64,000 bases of DNA from Candidatus Obscuribacteraceae bacterium. Lineage in GTDB: Bacteria > Cyanobacteriota > Vampirovibrionia > Obscuribacterales > Obscuribacteraceae. The notes beneath the pieces are model-generated. The model was not told the origin of the DNA. It saw only the letters and a list, made by a program, of their open reading frames with translations, and made no database searches. Shown piece by piece: positions 46,225 through 55,105 of the stretch (within the stretch, counting starts at the first letter, position 1; the number at the start of each line of letters is the position of its first letter). Location: contig JBGAHS010000001.1 in NCBI GenBank assembly GCA_044226015.1, positions 960,001 through 1,024,000 of the forward strand. Direction: 5' to 3'. Made by a program: the position numbers and the translations under genes.

Positions 46225-47379
46225 CTAATTCAATACTCTGTCCATGTCCTTTATTTGTATCTCGAGTTGGTGCAAGTCACGATATTCATCTTCGAGTTGT
46301 CTGTCCAGTTGATCAAGCTCGCGTTGAGATTCAAGGCTGCGATCACGCTTCAACATATCGACTCGCTTTTGATGTTCGTCAACGTCTCTCCACAGAAGGT
46401 CATATTGTTTCATCAGCCCTGACCTTTCCGCTTTCACAGACTGATATGAATTTGCATCAAGGTTATTGGCTGCGTCTGCCGCAGGCATGGTGGCAAATGC
46501 AGTGCTTGAAACAACCACGGTGCTTGCGACAATCGCCGCATACTTATGCACCACCTGATGGAACCTGGCATTGAAGTCGGGCGGAACGATATTTGCCAGG
46601 CGCGCCGCTAACACATCTAAGTGAGCATGCCAGAAAGCCATGAATTCATGCATTTTGCCGTGTGGCAATCTGCTGTGGTTCAGCACGAGAGCCGTTCCAT
46701 CAGCATCTTCATGTAGCTCGATGGAGACTGCAGAGTCTAGATCATTCTCAATGTCCATCCAGGAGAAGGCGAGGCGCTGCACAGGCTCGAAAGCTTTGAC
46801 CAAGCCAATAATTCTTGAGCCTGATTTTTGCTGAACTTGCATAGCACCATCGAATGCAAGTTCAACTCGTCCTCCTGTTTTGTTTTCCAGTGTCGCTTGT
46901 GACGCGAGCCACTTGCGAAGCAGCTCAGGTTCAGTAAAATGGCGCCATACGTCTGCGATATTTGCTTGCAGTGAGCGCTCAAACCTTATCGTGTCGCCAC
47001 TAACTACGGTGCCTAGTGACTCGGGCGGAGGTCCAGCTTCAATTAATCGAACTCCGGCTTCCTGGCTCATGCTCTCCAGCATCATTTGGGTCTTTTCGGA
47101 CGACTCTAATAAAAGATTTTGTGCTTCGTCGAGCTTTTGCGCGCTCTCGATGAGCATTTGTTGTGCATAAGCTGTTCCATCTTTAAGCTCGCTGACATAG
47201 TCCGTCAACTTTGAGACTATGCCCTCAAGCTGCTGGACTCTTTCGGTGAGCGCATCGGAACCGCGCGATTCGATTTCGACTGGCTTCTTTCCACGCTCTA
47301 AATAAGTGATTAAAGGCTTCCTCATTACAATTGCTATGACGAAAATCCAGAAACCGATAATTGCGATCGTGCCGTCCAT
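46225..47379 (-). CDS. Membrane protein with coiled coil, SRPBCC (AHSA1-like) domain and C-terminal coiled coil
   Basis: N-terminal TM; IRFERSLQANIADVWRHFTEPELLRKW, RLAFSW, FWHAHLDVL. Confidence 0.8.
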   Translation of the reverse strand: MDGTIAIIGFWIFVIAIVMRKPLITYLERGKKPVEIESRGSDALTERVQQLEGIVSKLTDYVSELKDGTAYAQQMLIESAQKLDEAQNLLLESSEKTQMMLESMSQEAGVRLIEAGPPPESLGTVVSGDTIRFERSLQANIADVWRHFTEPELLRKWLASQATLENKTGGRVELAFDGAMQVQQKSGSRIIGLVKAFEPVQRLAFSWMDIENDLDSAVSIELHEDADGTALVLNHSRLPHGKMHEFMAFWHAHLDVLAARLANIVPPDFNARFHQVVHKYAAIVASTVVVSSTAFATMPAADAANNLDANSYQSVKAERSGLMKQYDLLWRDVDEHQKRVDMLKRDRSLESQRELDQLDRQLEDEYRDLHQLEIQIKDMDRVLN

Positions 47380-47727
47380 TTCGTTTCCTCCGCCAACCTC
47401 TTTGAATGTGTATTGCCATTATATGTAAGTAATTTAGGTTTCGACTGAATATGAACTGGATATAAACGCAAACAAGCGTAGATAGTGGGACTTGCCTCAT
47501 TCAGAAAACTAGCGCTACGAGTTTTTATACTGCCAGAGCGAGCTAAATGCCCACTGCTACTTGTTTCTGAGTTGTCGAGCCAGCTCAGATATCGGGGTGC
47601 ATTTTTGAGCAGAATGAAAGGTAAAGATTCGCCATCAATAGGTGGGAGTATTAACAGTCTTCACTTGGCGCAGAATGGCTGCACGGTAGAATTGAAAACT
47701 GGTAATTAGTTACATCGAGAATAAAAC

Positions 47728-49260
47728 ATGTTCGCAAGGAACTGGAAAGTATTTGTAGTTTTGGGTGTGCTTATCTGGTCTCTTTGGACGCTGGTTCAAG
47801 TAATTCCAGATGACAAATTAGCGCGCTTGCAAGCTATGTCATCCATGCCGCCGAGTCAGCTTCAAACTGAGATTATGAAGCGTCTTGAAAGCATGCCCGA
47901 CTGGGGCAAAATGAATCAGTTTCAAAAAGAAGACTCCATCAAAGAAGCGCAAGACGAAGCAGCTTTCGCTAATAACTTGCAAATTCTCGGACATGTAAAA
48001 GGCTACACTATTGCAACCAACTTGAAGCTTGGTTTGGACTTGCGTGGCGGCAGTCAGCTGGTCTTGCAGGCTCAGCCTTCCAAGCTCGTACCAGAAATTA
48101 CTCCTGAAGTCATGAAAGGTGTTGAGACGGTAATTAACAACCGTGTCAACACGCTTGGCGTATCAGAAACTGTTGTTCAACGCACAGGCAAAGACCGTTT
48201 GATTGTTGAACTTCCTGGTGTGAAAGACCCACAGGAAGCAAAAGACAGAATTGGTACAACAGCACTTCTTGAGTTCAAAGAAATGCTTTACGAAGATGAT
48301 GGTCGGCCAAAAGTAAACGAAGAAGGCGAGTACCAGTGGAAAGATGTGGGACTGACAGGGTCCGACTTCAAGCGCGCCCAAGCGATGCAGATGGCTGGCG
48401 GACAAACTTACAGAATTCTTTTCGAATTCAAGCCGGACGGTGCCACCAAATTTGGTGACCTTACCCGACGCATGGTAGGCAAAAGCATTGGGATTTTTCT
48501 GGATGGGCAACCAACAGAACGTGGACCAGATGGGCGTCCTGTTTCATTCAAAGAATACAGAGGCATCAATGTCCGGGAACCAATTCTCGGAGGAACTGGT
48601 GAAATCACAGGAAGTTATACGAAAGAACAAGCTTTGGATTTGTCACTCAAGCTGAACGCTGGCTCACTTCCGACTACGGTTGTGATTCTTGAAGAAAGGA
48701 CTGTCGGAGCAACTCTCGGCGCAGATTCTATTGAGAAGAGTCTCATCGCGGGCGCAGTAGGTATCGCACTGGTTATGTTGTTCATGTTCTTGATTTACGG
48801 TGTGGCTGGTTTCGTTGCAGACATAGCACTGATTCTCTACACCATCACAACACTGGCAATCTTCAAAGCTGTGCCCGTTACATTAACTCTGGCTGGTATA
48901 GCTGGTTTCATTCTGTCAGTTGGTATGGCAGTTGATGCAAACATCCTCATCTTCGAGAGAACAAAAGAGGAACTTGCTAATGGCAAGAGTCTGTATAACG
49001 CAATTGAGGCAGGCTTTGGCAGAGCGTTTTCTTCCATCTTCGACAGTAACATGAACAGCCTCATAGCGTGTTGCGTCTTGATGTTCTTCGGCACATCAAT
49101 CGTAAAAGGTTTCGCTTTCACCCTGGCGATAGGTGTTTGCGTGTCGCTGTTTAGCGCAATCACTGCTACGCGAGTGCTATTGCACTTGCTGCCGAAAAAC
49201 GTGCCAATCTTTGGCGCAAAGATGCAAAAGACCCAAAAGAGTGCAGAGAAAAAGAGCTAG
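47728..49260 (+). CDS. secD: Protein translocase subunit SecD
   Basis: LGLDLRGG, LGVSE, VGATLG, LAGIAGFILSVGMAVDANILIFER, KGFA. Confidence 0.97.
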   Translation: MFARNWKVFVVLGVLIWSLWTLVQVIPDDKLARLQAMSSMPPSQLQTEIMKRLESMPDWGKMNQFQKEDSIKEAQDEAAFANNLQILGHVKGYTIATNLKLGLDLRGGSQLVLQAQPSKLVPEITPEVMKGVETVINNRVNTLGVSETVVQRTGKDRLIVELPGVKDPQEAKDRIGTTALLEFKEMLYEDDGRPKVNEEGEYQWKDVGLTGSDFKRAQAMQMAGGQTYRILFEFKPDGATKFGDLTRRMVGKSIGIFLDGQPTERGPDGRPVSFKEYRGINVREPILGGTGEITGSYTKEQALDLSLKLNAGSLPTTVVILEERTVGATLGADSIEKSLIAGAVGIALVMLFMFLIYGVAGFVADIALILYTITTLAIFKAVPVTLTLAGIAGFILSVGMAVDANILIFERTKEELANGKSLYNAIEAGFGRAFSSIFDSNMNSLIACCVLMFFGTSIVKGFAFTLAIGVCVSLFSAITATRVLLHLLPKNVPIFGAKMQKTQKSAEKKS

Positions 49261-49269
49261 GACAAGAGA

Positions 49270-50247
49270 ATGCGTTTACCTCACGTTGATATAGTTAAGT
49301 ACAGAGCCTGGTGGTTCGGCATTTCCGCTGCTATCACTCTTCCCGGAGTGCTGGGCGTGATCATGTGCCTCTATCTCTACCATGCGCCGCTGAAGCCAGG
49401 AATTGACTTCACTGGCGGCTCCATCATGCAGTATCAGTTCGCGCCTACCGTCAAGCTTGACCAGGTGCGAGAAGTAGTCGATAAAGTCTTGCCTGGTTCG
49501 CAGGTGCAAGAGGCGCAGATCAGCGGCAAGACCGTAATGGTTTTGCGCACCAAGGCGCTTGATGATGAGAACAAAGATGAGGAAATGAAGAAGTCGCTCA
49601 AAGCAACTTTGCAAGAAAAATTGGGCGAGTTTCAGCAGCTTTCCGTTGACAAAGTTTCGGGTGTTGTTGGTCCAGAACTCTTGCAGAGCGGCTTAATGGC
49701 GCTTGTTTTGACCTTCGGTGCGATGGTTTTGTATATTCGCTATCGATTTGAATACTTCGATTATGCAATGTGCGCAATTGCTGCCTTGTTCCACGACGTG
49801 ATGGTCTTGGTTGGTGTCTTCGCTCTTATGGGTTGGCTCATGGGAACAGAAGTTGACAGCTTATTCATAAGTGCCATTTTGACTGTAATCGGTTTTTCCG
49901 TTCATGACACCATTGTTGTCTTCGACCGTATCAGAGAAAACTCCAAATACGTGGGAAGCAAAGGGCATGACAAGGATGGCAATGAGTACAAGAAAACCTT
50001 CGGACATATTGCAAACGACAGCATCAACCAAACGCTGGCACGTTCTTTGTACACATCCTTAACAGTTATTATTACCCTTACCGCACTTTACTTCCTCGGT
50101 GGTGTAACGACCCGAGATTTCGTGCTGGCAATGCTTATTGGTATTATTTCGGGTACATATTCTTCTATTTTCAACGCCAGTGCTCTGCTTGCTTGGTGGA
50201 GAGAATTGAGGTCGAAAAAGAAAACGGCCAAACCGGCTGCCGCTTGA
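49270..50247 (+). CDS. secF: Protein translocase subunit SecF
   Basis: GIDFTGG, ALFHD, GFSVHDTIVVFDRIREN, GTYSSIF. Confidence 0.97.
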   Translation: MRLPHVDIVKYRAWWFGISAAITLPGVLGVIMCLYLYHAPLKPGIDFTGGSIMQYQFAPTVKLDQVREVVDKVLPGSQVQEAQISGKTVMVLRTKALDDENKDEEMKKSLKATLQEKLGEFQQLSVDKVSGVVGPELLQSGLMALVLTFGAMVLYIRYRFEYFDYAMCAIAALFHDVMVLVGVFALMGWLMGTEVDSLFISAILTVIGFSVHDTIVVFDRIRENSKYVGSKGHDKDGNEYKKTFGHIANDSINQTLARSLYTSLTVIITLTALYFLGGVTTRDFVLAMLIGIISGTYSSIFNASALLAWWRELRSKKKTAKPAAA

Positions 50248-50290
50248 GCCCCTATAATGTTATTGTTCTTTACCGCTAATAGGTGACAAC

Positions 50291-50578
50291 ATGGTTGAGC
50301 AAGAAGCGCGAGAATCTTGGACCGACGAACAAAAGTGGAGCTACCTGGTGCGACATGAGCGCCTGGGTGAAGTCCTCGTTCGGCAAGGCAAGCTCACACT
50401 TGGTCAGCTCGAAGCTGCTTTAAAAGACCAGGAAGGTAGCGGCAAGCATCTAGGTGAAATCATAGTTGAAAAGAAGATGCTCACCCTTGATGAAATCATT
50501 GATGCGCTGGACAAGCAGAAACAGAACCAGCATACAAGCGAACAGACAATCAAAGAACTGAAAGAAAAGCACGAGTAG
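50291..50578 (+). CDS. Small stand-alone MshEN-type c-di-GMP-binding protein
   Basis: Tandem 24-aa motifs RLGEVLVRQGKLTLGQLEAALKDQ-(EGSGK)-HLGEIIVEKKMLTLDEIIDALDKQ. Confidence 0.8.
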   Translation: MVEQEARESWTDEQKWSYLVRHERLGEVLVRQGKLTLGQLEAALKDQEGSGKHLGEIIVEKKMLTLDEIIDALDKQKQNQHTSEQTIKELKEKHE

Positions 50579-50582
50579 CACC

Positions 50583-51362
50583 TTGGAACCTAGAGTCGCC
50601 TTAGTTACTGGTGCGGGCTCAGGAATTGGTCGGGCAACCGCACTGAAATTACAAAATGATGGTTTGAGCGTTGCTGCATTAGATTTGAATGCTGCAAGTA
50701 TTGCCGCACTTTCTGAGGAGCTAACTCGGGTTGGGAAACGTTCCTTTATATGTCACGTCGGCGACATTTCAAAAGAAGACGATGTACAGAACTTTGTGAG
50801 CGCAGCCGTGAAGAAGTTTGGACGCATCGACTACCTTTTCAATAACGCTGGTGTCGAGTTTGTGGCTCCGCTGGATGAGACTTCGGTAGAGCAGTGGCAG
50901 CATGTTCATGACACAAACATGAAAGGCACTTTCATGATGAGTAAAGCTGTTATTCCACACATGCGTGCCATCGGTGGTGGTGCCATTGTGAATAATGCAT
51001 CTGATGCTGGCTTGAGGGGAATAAGATTGAATGCTGCCTACAGCTCGTCCAAAGCTGGCATCATTCACCTTTCTCGTTCCATAGCACTTGATTATGGACA
51101 ATACAATATACGGTGCAATTGTGTTTGCCCTGGGTGCATCAAAACTCCTCTATGTGAACGGTTCAACGAAGAGGTTGGCGCACGTCGCGGAATCTCTGGA
51201 AAAGAGGCCTTGCAAGAATTTGTTGATGCCAATATTCCTATGCTTCGGGTTGGCTATCCCGATGAGGTGGCTTCGTTAGTTGCTTTCTTGTTTTCTGATA
51301 GCGCTTCGTATATTTCTGGTGCAGTTATTCCAATCGATGGCGCATTGACCGCTGGAATGTAG
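50583..51362 (+). CDS. Short-chain dehydrogenase/reductase
   Basis: TGAGSGIG, NNAG, YSSSK, CPG. Confidence 0.95.
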   Translation: MEPRVALVTGAGSGIGRATALKLQNDGLSVAALDLNAASIAALSEELTRVGKRSFICHVGDISKEDDVQNFVSAAVKKFGRIDYLFNNAGVEFVAPLDETSVEQWQHVHDTNMKGTFMMSKAVIPHMRAIGGGAIVNNASDAGLRGIRLNAAYSSSKAGIIHLSRSIALDYGQYNIRCNCVCPGCIKTPLCERFNEEVGARRGISGKEALQEFVDANIPMLRVGYPDEVASLVAFLFSDSASYISGAVIPIDGALTAGM

Positions 51363-51765
51363 CCCTGAGTCATTAGCTCCATTCAGAAGATGCGCTGTAA
51401 ATTATCTCGCCAAAATCTTGCTTTCTTTTTGCTGCAAATCCAACACGTTTGTTGTGGTTTCTCGTTATATTTTGCAAGAAACTTTCTGAGAATTGGGAAC
51501 CGCTACTGCCTTTAGTCTGAAGCGGTAAAATAGTGCGAATTTTTTTCCATCCCGAAAGACTTTCGCTAACTGCATCTTGCCATTCTCTGCAGATGTCTTT
51601 GGAGGTGGATATAGGGAAACCCATAATTTTTCGGGGAATCCTGAATGGGACGATTTCTGCTTGGACGATATGATTTTCTTGTGAATCGGGCAGAGCAGTC
51701 AAAGCATTTGCTGGGCTGATGACACTAAATACGGTGCCCGCCAAGATTGCAGGAGAATGAGATAA

Positions 51766-52377
51766 ATGAATACTCAAGTCAATGTGAAGAGAAACTATGC
51801 AGAAGTCCCTACCGCGGACCTGGTTGTCTTGTCACAGAGAAAAGATGAGGCAGCATTGACCGAACTGTTGAAGAGACACAAAGCTTTCATTTCGAATCGA
51901 CTCTATAAATTTGCTCCAGACTGGAAAGATCAATCAGATTTGATTCAAGAAGTAAACATAAGAGTCTGGCGTTTCATTGGTCAGCTCAAGAAGCCTGAAT
52001 CGTTCAGAACTTGGCTGTCGCAACTAGTAATGAACGTATTTTACGATGAACTCAGAAAGCGTCCTCGCGACTTTCATCTCGTCTCGCTCGACGAGCCAAT
52101 GTCTGATGACTCGACTGACACTCGTGATGTTAGAGACAGCAGCCAGTTACCTGATGACGCCATGCTTGGAAAAGAACTCATGGGCGTTCTAATGGATGCG
52201 ATGGCTGACATACCAGAGCAGTTCAAGCAAGCTCAGTTGTTGCGTGACATTCAAGGGCTATCCTATGAAGAAATCGCTAAGCTCACAAACACCGAGCTCG
52301 GTACAGTTAAATCAAGAATCGCACGTGCAAGAATGCGCATTCAGGAAAAAGTCGGCGCATATGTGAACTGCGCATAG
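51766..52377 (+). CDS. ECF sigma-70 factor
   Basis: DLIQE...VWR, FRTWL, LSYEEIA...LGTVKSRIARAR. Confidence 0.95.
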   Translation: MNTQVNVKRNYAEVPTADLVVLSQRKDEAALTELLKRHKAFISNRLYKFAPDWKDQSDLIQEVNIRVWRFIGQLKKPESFRTWLSQLVMNVFYDELRKRPRDFHLVSLDEPMSDDSTDTRDVRDSSQLPDDAMLGKELMGVLMDAMADIPEQFKQAQLLRDIQGLSYEEIAKLTNTELGTVKSRIARARMRIQEKVGAYVNCA

Positions 52378-52402
52378 TTTTCACTCAACCACTCACAATA
52401 AA

Positions 52403-52479
52403 CAAAGGCTCTGAATGATTTGATCGGCTCGCAGGCTCACACGTGCGGTCCCATCAAGTCATTCAGACCTTTGCTTTTT
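52403..52479 (+). terminator. Long imperfect hairpin plus U-tract after the sigma gene
   Basis: caaaggctctgaatgatttgat...atcaagtcattcagacctttg followed by cttttt. Confidence 0.7.
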
Positions 52480-52633
52480 GAACTCCCTTCTAAGCGTTCA
52501 GTCGTATCCACCTGTTTATTGTTTAAAGTTCTATTTAAACCTCCTTTGTTTTGAAATTTTAGTTCGTGTGTGTGATGCATACACTGTTATGATTTAGGAG
52601 GGGCAGACGACTTACTATTTTTGGAGTGAGCTG

Positions 52634-53458
52634 ATGGTTGATGCCGGCAAGGGGGATTTCAAGCCTATTCTCCTGGTAGATGACAATCCAGTTAATCAGA
52701 AGGCTGGTGAGGCTATTTTGAAGAATCTGGGTTTCATCGTCCGGATAGCCAAGAACGGTCAAGAAGCCCTTGAGGCTTTTAGCAAAGAAAAGTTTTCAGT
52801 GATTTTGATGGATTGTCAAATGCCTGTGATGGATGGATTTCAGGCAAGCACTGCCATTCGTAAATTAGAGCAATTATCGGGGGCATACACACCAATCATT
52901 GCTGTGACTGCGCTTACTATGTCTGGAGACAGAGAGCGCTGCATCTCTGTGGGAATGGACGACTACCTTTCCAAGCCAATCGATATGCGTCTGCTCAAGC
53001 TTAAGCTGAATCACTGGCTTAACGCGGAAGTTGTTTATCAGAGCCAGAAGCTTGCGCGCAAGGTTCTCTTTGCTGATGCAGAAACCGATCCATCAAAGAA
53101 AGACCCCATTGACCTGGCAGAACTTCAAGATTTCTACAGTCGCGATCAGCTAGTTGATCTCTTGAATCTTTTCAAGATTCACTCACAAGACATGATAAAT
53201 CGCATTCAGTTTTTCGTGAGAGAAAAAAGCTCTAAATCGGTTGCCGGACTTGCGCATGAAATGCGTTCATCATGCGCTTCTATTGGCGCCAAGCAGCTAG
53301 CAAGAGTGTGTTTGTTTTTAGAACAATCAGCAACTCAAGAAGATTGGATTGAGGCTGAAGACTCGCTGAAAATGCTGCAGCAATCATTTTCATTTTTAGA
53401 TTCATTCATTCAAAATTCATTAGCAGATAAAGAGTTCTCTGGCAAAAACTCCAGATAA
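52634..53458 (+). CDS. REC-Hpt phosphorelay protein
   Basis: LLVDDNPVNQ, LMDCQMPVMDG, YLSKP; Hpt AHEMRSSCASIGA. Confidence 0.9.
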   Translation: MVDAGKGDFKPILLVDDNPVNQKAGEAILKNLGFIVRIAKNGQEALEAFSKEKFSVILMDCQMPVMDGFQASTAIRKLEQLSGAYTPIIAVTALTMSGDRERCISVGMDDYLSKPIDMRLLKLKLNHWLNAEVVYQSQKLARKVLFADAETDPSKKDPIDLAELQDFYSRDQLVDLLNLFKIHSQDMINRIQFFVREKSSKSVAGLAHEMRSSCASIGAKQLARVCLFLEQSATQEDWIEAEDSLKMLQQSFSFLDSFIQNSLADKEFSGKNSR

Positions 53459-53573
53459 AGTTCCTTGTAAAAGACTGCCAGTACAGCTTCTTGCTGCTTG
53501 CATATCATCGTTGGGAACTATTTGTGTTAACTCGTGTCCTTAACTTCGCTTAGATCATTACGGAGAGCGAGTT

Positions 53574-53966
53574 ATGACACTAGATCTTAAACAATGTGCA
53601 GCGTTGTTCGGCGTTGTAGCGTTGATGACAGCATGTAGCGCCGAATCTCAAAGGATCTCGGCTGCCAAAGAAAATGTTGATCAACAAAAAGAAGAACAAA
53701 AGAAGATGATTGATCAACGTACCGCTGAATTGAAGCGGGGTGTAGATCTCAACAGAGATAAGTACAAACAATATATTGCAGCCAGGAAACAAGAGCTCGA
53801 CACTGAGAAGAAGAACCTGGATGTAGAAGCGAAAGATGCTGATCGTTATTCAGATCTCGCTAAGAAAAATCTTGATGTGCAGCAAGACGCTTGCAAGAAA
53901 ACAGTTGATCAAAATGCTCGGGAACTCAAAGCAAAAATTGACGACTATGCAAATGCTCGCAAATAG
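53574..53966 (+). CDS. Small coiled-coil lipoprotein
   Basis: GGAG RBS; lipobox-like MTAC; K/E/Q-rich helical body. Confidence 0.75.
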   Translation: MTLDLKQCAALFGVVALMTACSAESQRISAAKENVDQQKEEQKKMIDQRTAELKRGVDLNRDKYKQYIAARKQELDTEKKNLDVEAKDADRYSDLAKKNLDVQQDACKKTVDQNARELKAKIDDYANARK

Positions 53967-54030
53967 CCCATTAGAAAATTAGTTTTTATCATCACGTCGT
54001 TTGCCAGGCAAACATTAAAAGGAGAAGAAA

Positions 54031-54291
54031 ATGAGTATTATTGGTTTTATTTTGTATTTGATTGTAGCTTCCGCATGTGCATGGCTAGCTGATTTCCTCG
54101 TCCCAGGACGCATACCAGGCGGATTCTTTGCCTCAGCAATCGTCGGTATTCTTGGTGCATGGATCGGTGTTAGCTTAATGGGTGCTGTCGGACCAAGTCT
54201 GGCTGGTGTTCCACTTCTGCCTGCAATCTTCGGTTCCGGTATCCTCGTGTTCTTGTTCTCGCTTTTGTCCAATCGATTTTCACTTCGTTAA
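54031..54291 (+). CDS. GlsB/YeaQ/YmgE family stress-response membrane protein
   Basis: LA..LVPG..PGG....IVGILGAWIG, LLPAIFGS; AGGAG RBS. Confidence 0.85.
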   Translation: MSIIGFILYLIVASACAWLADFLVPGRIPGGFFASAIVGILGAWIGVSLMGAVGPSLAGVPLLPAIFGSGILVFLFSLLSNRFSLR

Positions 54292-54309
54292 TCGGTGTGA
54301 ACGCGAGAA

Positions 54310-54432
54310 ATGTTTCCGCTAGATGAATTTAGCGAATATCAAAGAGACATGGAAGCTAAGGCAATCGTTTTGGGATCTGTAATGGTCGCCATTTTGATTG
54401 CCTTAGCTTTTATAACAAAAGTTTTTTCCTGA
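54310..54432 (+). CDS. Putative 40-aa single-pass membrane peptide (below the ORF-track cutoff)
   Basis: MFPLDEFSEYQRDMEAKAIVLGSVMVAILIALAFITKVFS; co-oriented with neighbours. Confidence 0.55.
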   Translation: MFPLDEFSEYQRDMEAKAIVLGSVMVAILIALAFITKVFS

Positions 54433-54522
54433 GCAGGAACTAAATCACAAAGCTCACGCCATAGTCGTTGTTAGAGATTGAATGAGACTTTCAATTTTTC
54501 TGCTTTAGAAGGAGTATTCACC

Positions 54523-54717
54523 ATGTACGCTGATGCCAGAAACCTGACAGCAAGCCGCAATGAGATGGACTATAACGTCATCATCTTGGGCATTATAGTC
54601 TGCGCCACAATCAGCATTCTGCTTTTTTATGGTGCAGCTCTTGGTTCGTATGAAGAAATTCTAGAGAGTTTGCACATCATCAGTCCTCAAAGCATAGCTA
54701 GTTGCCCGAGAGGTTAA
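54523..54717 (+). CDS. Small single-pass membrane protein
   Basis: AAGGAG RBS before ATG 54523; TM VIILGIIVCATISILLFYGAAL. Confidence 0.6.
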   Translation: MYADARNLTASRNEMDYNVIILGIIVCATISILLFYGAALGSYEEILESLHIISPQSIASCPRG

Positions 54718-54722
54718 GTTTT

Positions 54723-55028
54723 ATGGAACCTACTACTGCTCATCCAGACCTGGTGTTCATGGTCGACGAGCCTGCGCCACCATCGCCACAGCCGGCACCT
54801 CCAGTGCCAGAGCCGCAGCCTCAACCGCCAATTCCAGAGCCAGAGCCGAGCCCGCCAGTTCCAGAGCCAGAGCCGAGCCCACCAATTCCAGAGCCAGAGC
54901 CGAAGCCACCAATTCCAGAGCCGGAACCGAAGCCACCAATTCCAGAGCCGGAACCGAAGCCGCCAATTCCAGAACCAGCACCGGTGCCTCCGATACCTGA
55001 GCCTGAACCTATTCCTCCAGTCAGCTAG
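54723..55028 (+). CDS. Small Pro/Glu-rich repeat protein
   Basis: GAGGT RBS; (PPIPEPEPK/S)n with synonymous third-position variation between units. Confidence 0.65.
   Translation: MEPTTAHPDLVFMVDEPAPPSPQPAPPVPEPQPQPPIPEPEPSPPVPEPEPSPPIPEPEPKPPIPEPEPKPPIPEPEPKPPIPEPAPVPPIPEPEPIPPVS
54799..55020. repeat. 27-bp tandem repeat encoding PP(I/V)PEPEP(K/S)
   Basis: About 8 degenerate copies of ccaattccagagcc(a/g)ga(g/a)ccga... Confidence 0.9.
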
Positions 55029-55105
55029 TCCGAGCTGCATTAGCGTGGTAGATTAGATTCAGCAGAAATGAATGCAGGATTCCTTTATCAAATTCCAGGT
55101 GTGAT

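Noticed and set aside
47380..47727. Riboswitch or yajC upstream of secD
   Set aside because: No GEMM or other consensus seen, and the short ORFs here lack YajC features.
51373..51777. 134-aa minus-strand ORF upstream of the sigma gene as an anti-sigma factor
   Set aside because: No TM, ZAS or other motif, and it overlaps the sigma start; more likely promoter/5'-UTR sequence.
54714..55040. Trp/Arg-rich antisense ORF
   Set aside because: Reverse complement of the Pro-Glu repeat; synonymous variation favours the + frame.
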